Positions 61,717-64,000 of a DNA stretch of 64,000 nt are shown piece after piece. The translations under genes and the position numbers were made by a program. The notes under the pieces are model-generated. The model ran no database searches, had not been told where the DNA came from, and saw nothing but the letters and a program-made list of their open reading frames with translations. The DNA lies in assembly GCF_001949145.1 (NCBI RefSeq), contig NW_019091356.1:3764934-3828933 (forward strand), written 5' to 3'. The DNA comes from Acanthaster planci (lineage: Eukaryota). Every line of letters begins with the position of its first letter. Positions within the stretch are counted from its first letter, which is position 1.

Positions 61717-63138
61717 ATGGACGACGAAGAAAGAAAAAAGAAACTGCAGGCTGGGCGTGAAAGGGTAAGAAATTCGTACAGTGTCACTAAAATGTCATTC
61801 AGAAGTCTTCTTGTAACTTAAGTTTGAATGACCATTACACTATTGTGAAGACCAGTCACACTGACTCAACATACATGTAACTTTCGTGACACAATGCATT
61901 TGGAAACTCGATTTTAACTAAGTACAGCGTTTGTTACGTTAATTAAGTATGTGTGTGTGTGAAAGTTTAGGTTATTGAAATTGGTGGTGCAAGGGCAGAC
62001 ATGGCAGAAGGGTTAGCTTAAAATAAATAAATAAAATAGGACTGAGGAAGCTAGGCCTATACTGACTACTGTAGTACTGGGGCGGTGTGAACATCTTGGA
62101 CTCTTTCAAAATGGCTTGTAAGTTGTACTGCACCGATGAAAACATTGACGTACGCGTGTGCAAGCCGTCAGAGGATCGGGTTACACAATTTTCTTTGATC
62201 AGCGGTACATGTAGGTGCACATGCGCTCATTGCAGTTGTTTTCATTGGCACAATGCGGTTGCTACATGCAGCTGCCATTTTGTGAAACTCCGCGCCACCC
62301 AATTTTGTCATTTGCTTTTTGAAAAACAGTCAAAGTGTGAACCACTCATGCCTGTCCCACATTATTACACGGCGTGTTACTCACGCTGAGTTGGATTGAT
62401 GGGCTTGCCATATACATGTAATGATTAGACTCATGTAACATGCTTCACAGTAAGGGAGCCTATGTTATTAATCCTCCTTTGGTTTTACAGCACAAATGTG
62501 CACAAATGCCCACAGTCACTGGTGAGCACGTAGTTTCTATATGGAACTCAAACATGCACAGGTTCAGTGTGTACACAGTAGATTGCCGGCACAGAATGAC
62601 CCAGGGTCTTTTGTGCAGTCCTCTNGATATTTCTGTGAGGGACTGTTGGTGCAGTGCACAACACAACACAGCTGTGCTTCTTTGAGGTGTTCACCAAATG
62701 ACCCAAAGAGTGACTTCAACATGGGAGGGTTGATATATATTTATTATTATTATACATTGTAATATATGTTATTGCTGAATTAGTTTTTAAAGGGTCCAGA
62801 TTTGTAAAGCTACTGCAAACGCGGCAAAGAAAAAAACAGTTAAATTTGTCAAGTTTGACCAGAATGCTTATTTACTAGAATGTTTCCGTTGCTGTCTTCT
62901 ACAGTTGGCCAGATTCCAAAAGAAAAAAGGGAGTCCCGACAAACGGCGGAAGAAAAAAGCAAAGACGACAGACCCACCGACATCTGCTGCTGAAGGAGCC
63001 AATGGAAATGGAGGCAGCAAAGGGGCGCAACCCACCATCCACCTCAGTGACGATTCTCTTGATACAGCTGACTCCAGTGTGGCATCGAGCGACGTCTTGG
63101 GAACCCACTCTGATCTGATGTCACCCATATCGTTTGAG
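61717..63138 (+). CDS. AKAP9: AKAP9/pericentrin-like centrosomal coiled-coil protein, first two coding exons (continues beyond the window)
   Basis: Exon 61717-61764 encodes MDDEERKKKLQAGRER and exon 62905-63138 encodes LARFQKKKGSPDKRRKKKAK.... This resembles the AKAP9 N-terminus MEDEERQKKLEAGKAK/LAQFRQRK. A golgin or PCNT identity is not excluded. Confidence 0.72.
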
Positions 63139-64000
63139 GTAATGCTGCTCATATATCCTATGGTATAGGGGAGCACCCCTTAATCCTATCCCAAGCAGAT
63201 TCTTCCAAATCCACATTTAAGGGTTTCCACAGATTTTGGAAGATGGCTACAGTTTCTGACTTTGAAAATTGTGCTGTGGTGTGGCACAGTGACATGGATT
63301 TTGGATGAATCAGGACTAGTTCAACATTTCTAACGTTACAAAATTAATCCATGGGGACGAGGACGACATATAATCATTTCAGGGCTTGTGCTACGTGCTC
63401 ATTATATCATCCAGAATGAAACGATAACGATTTCTTCTCCCATGCCATGATCAGAATCGTGCACAAGCGCGAGCACGTGGCCTGCCTGTGGCGTACATGG
63501 ATGCGTGTACAATGTGCATGTACACGCACCATGCATGTACCACATGTATTTTTTCATCCACTTTGAAGTCGAGTCTTGTACTCAATTCGCTTGCTCTTAG
63601 CCAAATTGCCGAAGGAAACATGAATGTAGGAACACTGGGATTCTTTGTATATCATTAGTTATTTTTGTTTGCGTATCACATGAATATACTGAATGTACTG
63701 TACTAACAAAAAGGCACAAAAACGTGTGCCAAGTACTGACCTGCATCACAAAGTACATCATAAAGGGGTTATGAGAAATCTGTTCAAAGATGTTTGTCAT
63801 TATTCGCTTCTTTGTTGCAGGGCTGCTTAATTACACTATATAAAACAACAATTGCACACAGTTTGACAGTTTTAGTTTTTTCTAAAAGTTGTTATTTTTT
63901 GTTTGAAAAGGCAAAACTCTCATGAACAAATGTCAGAAATTCATCAGAGACCACCAGAAAGCATCTAATGGTGCATGCTTCAAGTTCGCGCACAAATTTT

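Noticed and set aside
62625..62625. Ambiguous base N
   Set aside because: It is a single assembly ambiguity in an intron and has no biological meaning.

Overview
This is intron-rich eukaryotic DNA, not prokaryotic: no CRISPR arrays, operons or rRNA were seen. It is probably from a marine invertebrate such as an echinoderm, which is an inference from composition and repeats. Six spliced protein-coding genes were reconstructed by hand from GT-AG sites and reading phase. They are the 3' end of a GALNT1/13-like GalNAc-transferase (+, 219-4763), a complete NEK10 kinase (+, 32 coding exons, 20155-35517, ~1186 aa) preceded by ~12 kb of non-coding DNA, a SENP1/2-like SUMO protease (-, 16 exons, 48028-41767, ~743 aa), two tandem HYKK/AGPHD1-like kinases with identical exon structure (+, 49549-52396 and 57206-59877), and the first two coding exons of an AKAP9/pericentrin-like gene (+, from 61717). 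Introns and intergenic DNA carry Harbinger-like and piggyBac-like MITEs, CR1/L2-type LINE fragments and a tRNA-derived SINE. The most notable observations are a 112-bp tandem amplification of a GALNT exon-intron junction that creates candidate poison exons, two HYKK paralogues that both lack the His of the HxD motif, three uORFs and RFX X-boxes at NEK10, a MITE nested between the A and B boxes of a SINE, and two pre-miRNA-sized hairpins. No clearly new biological system can be proven from the sequence alone. Homology calls rest on recalled family sequences; no search was run.
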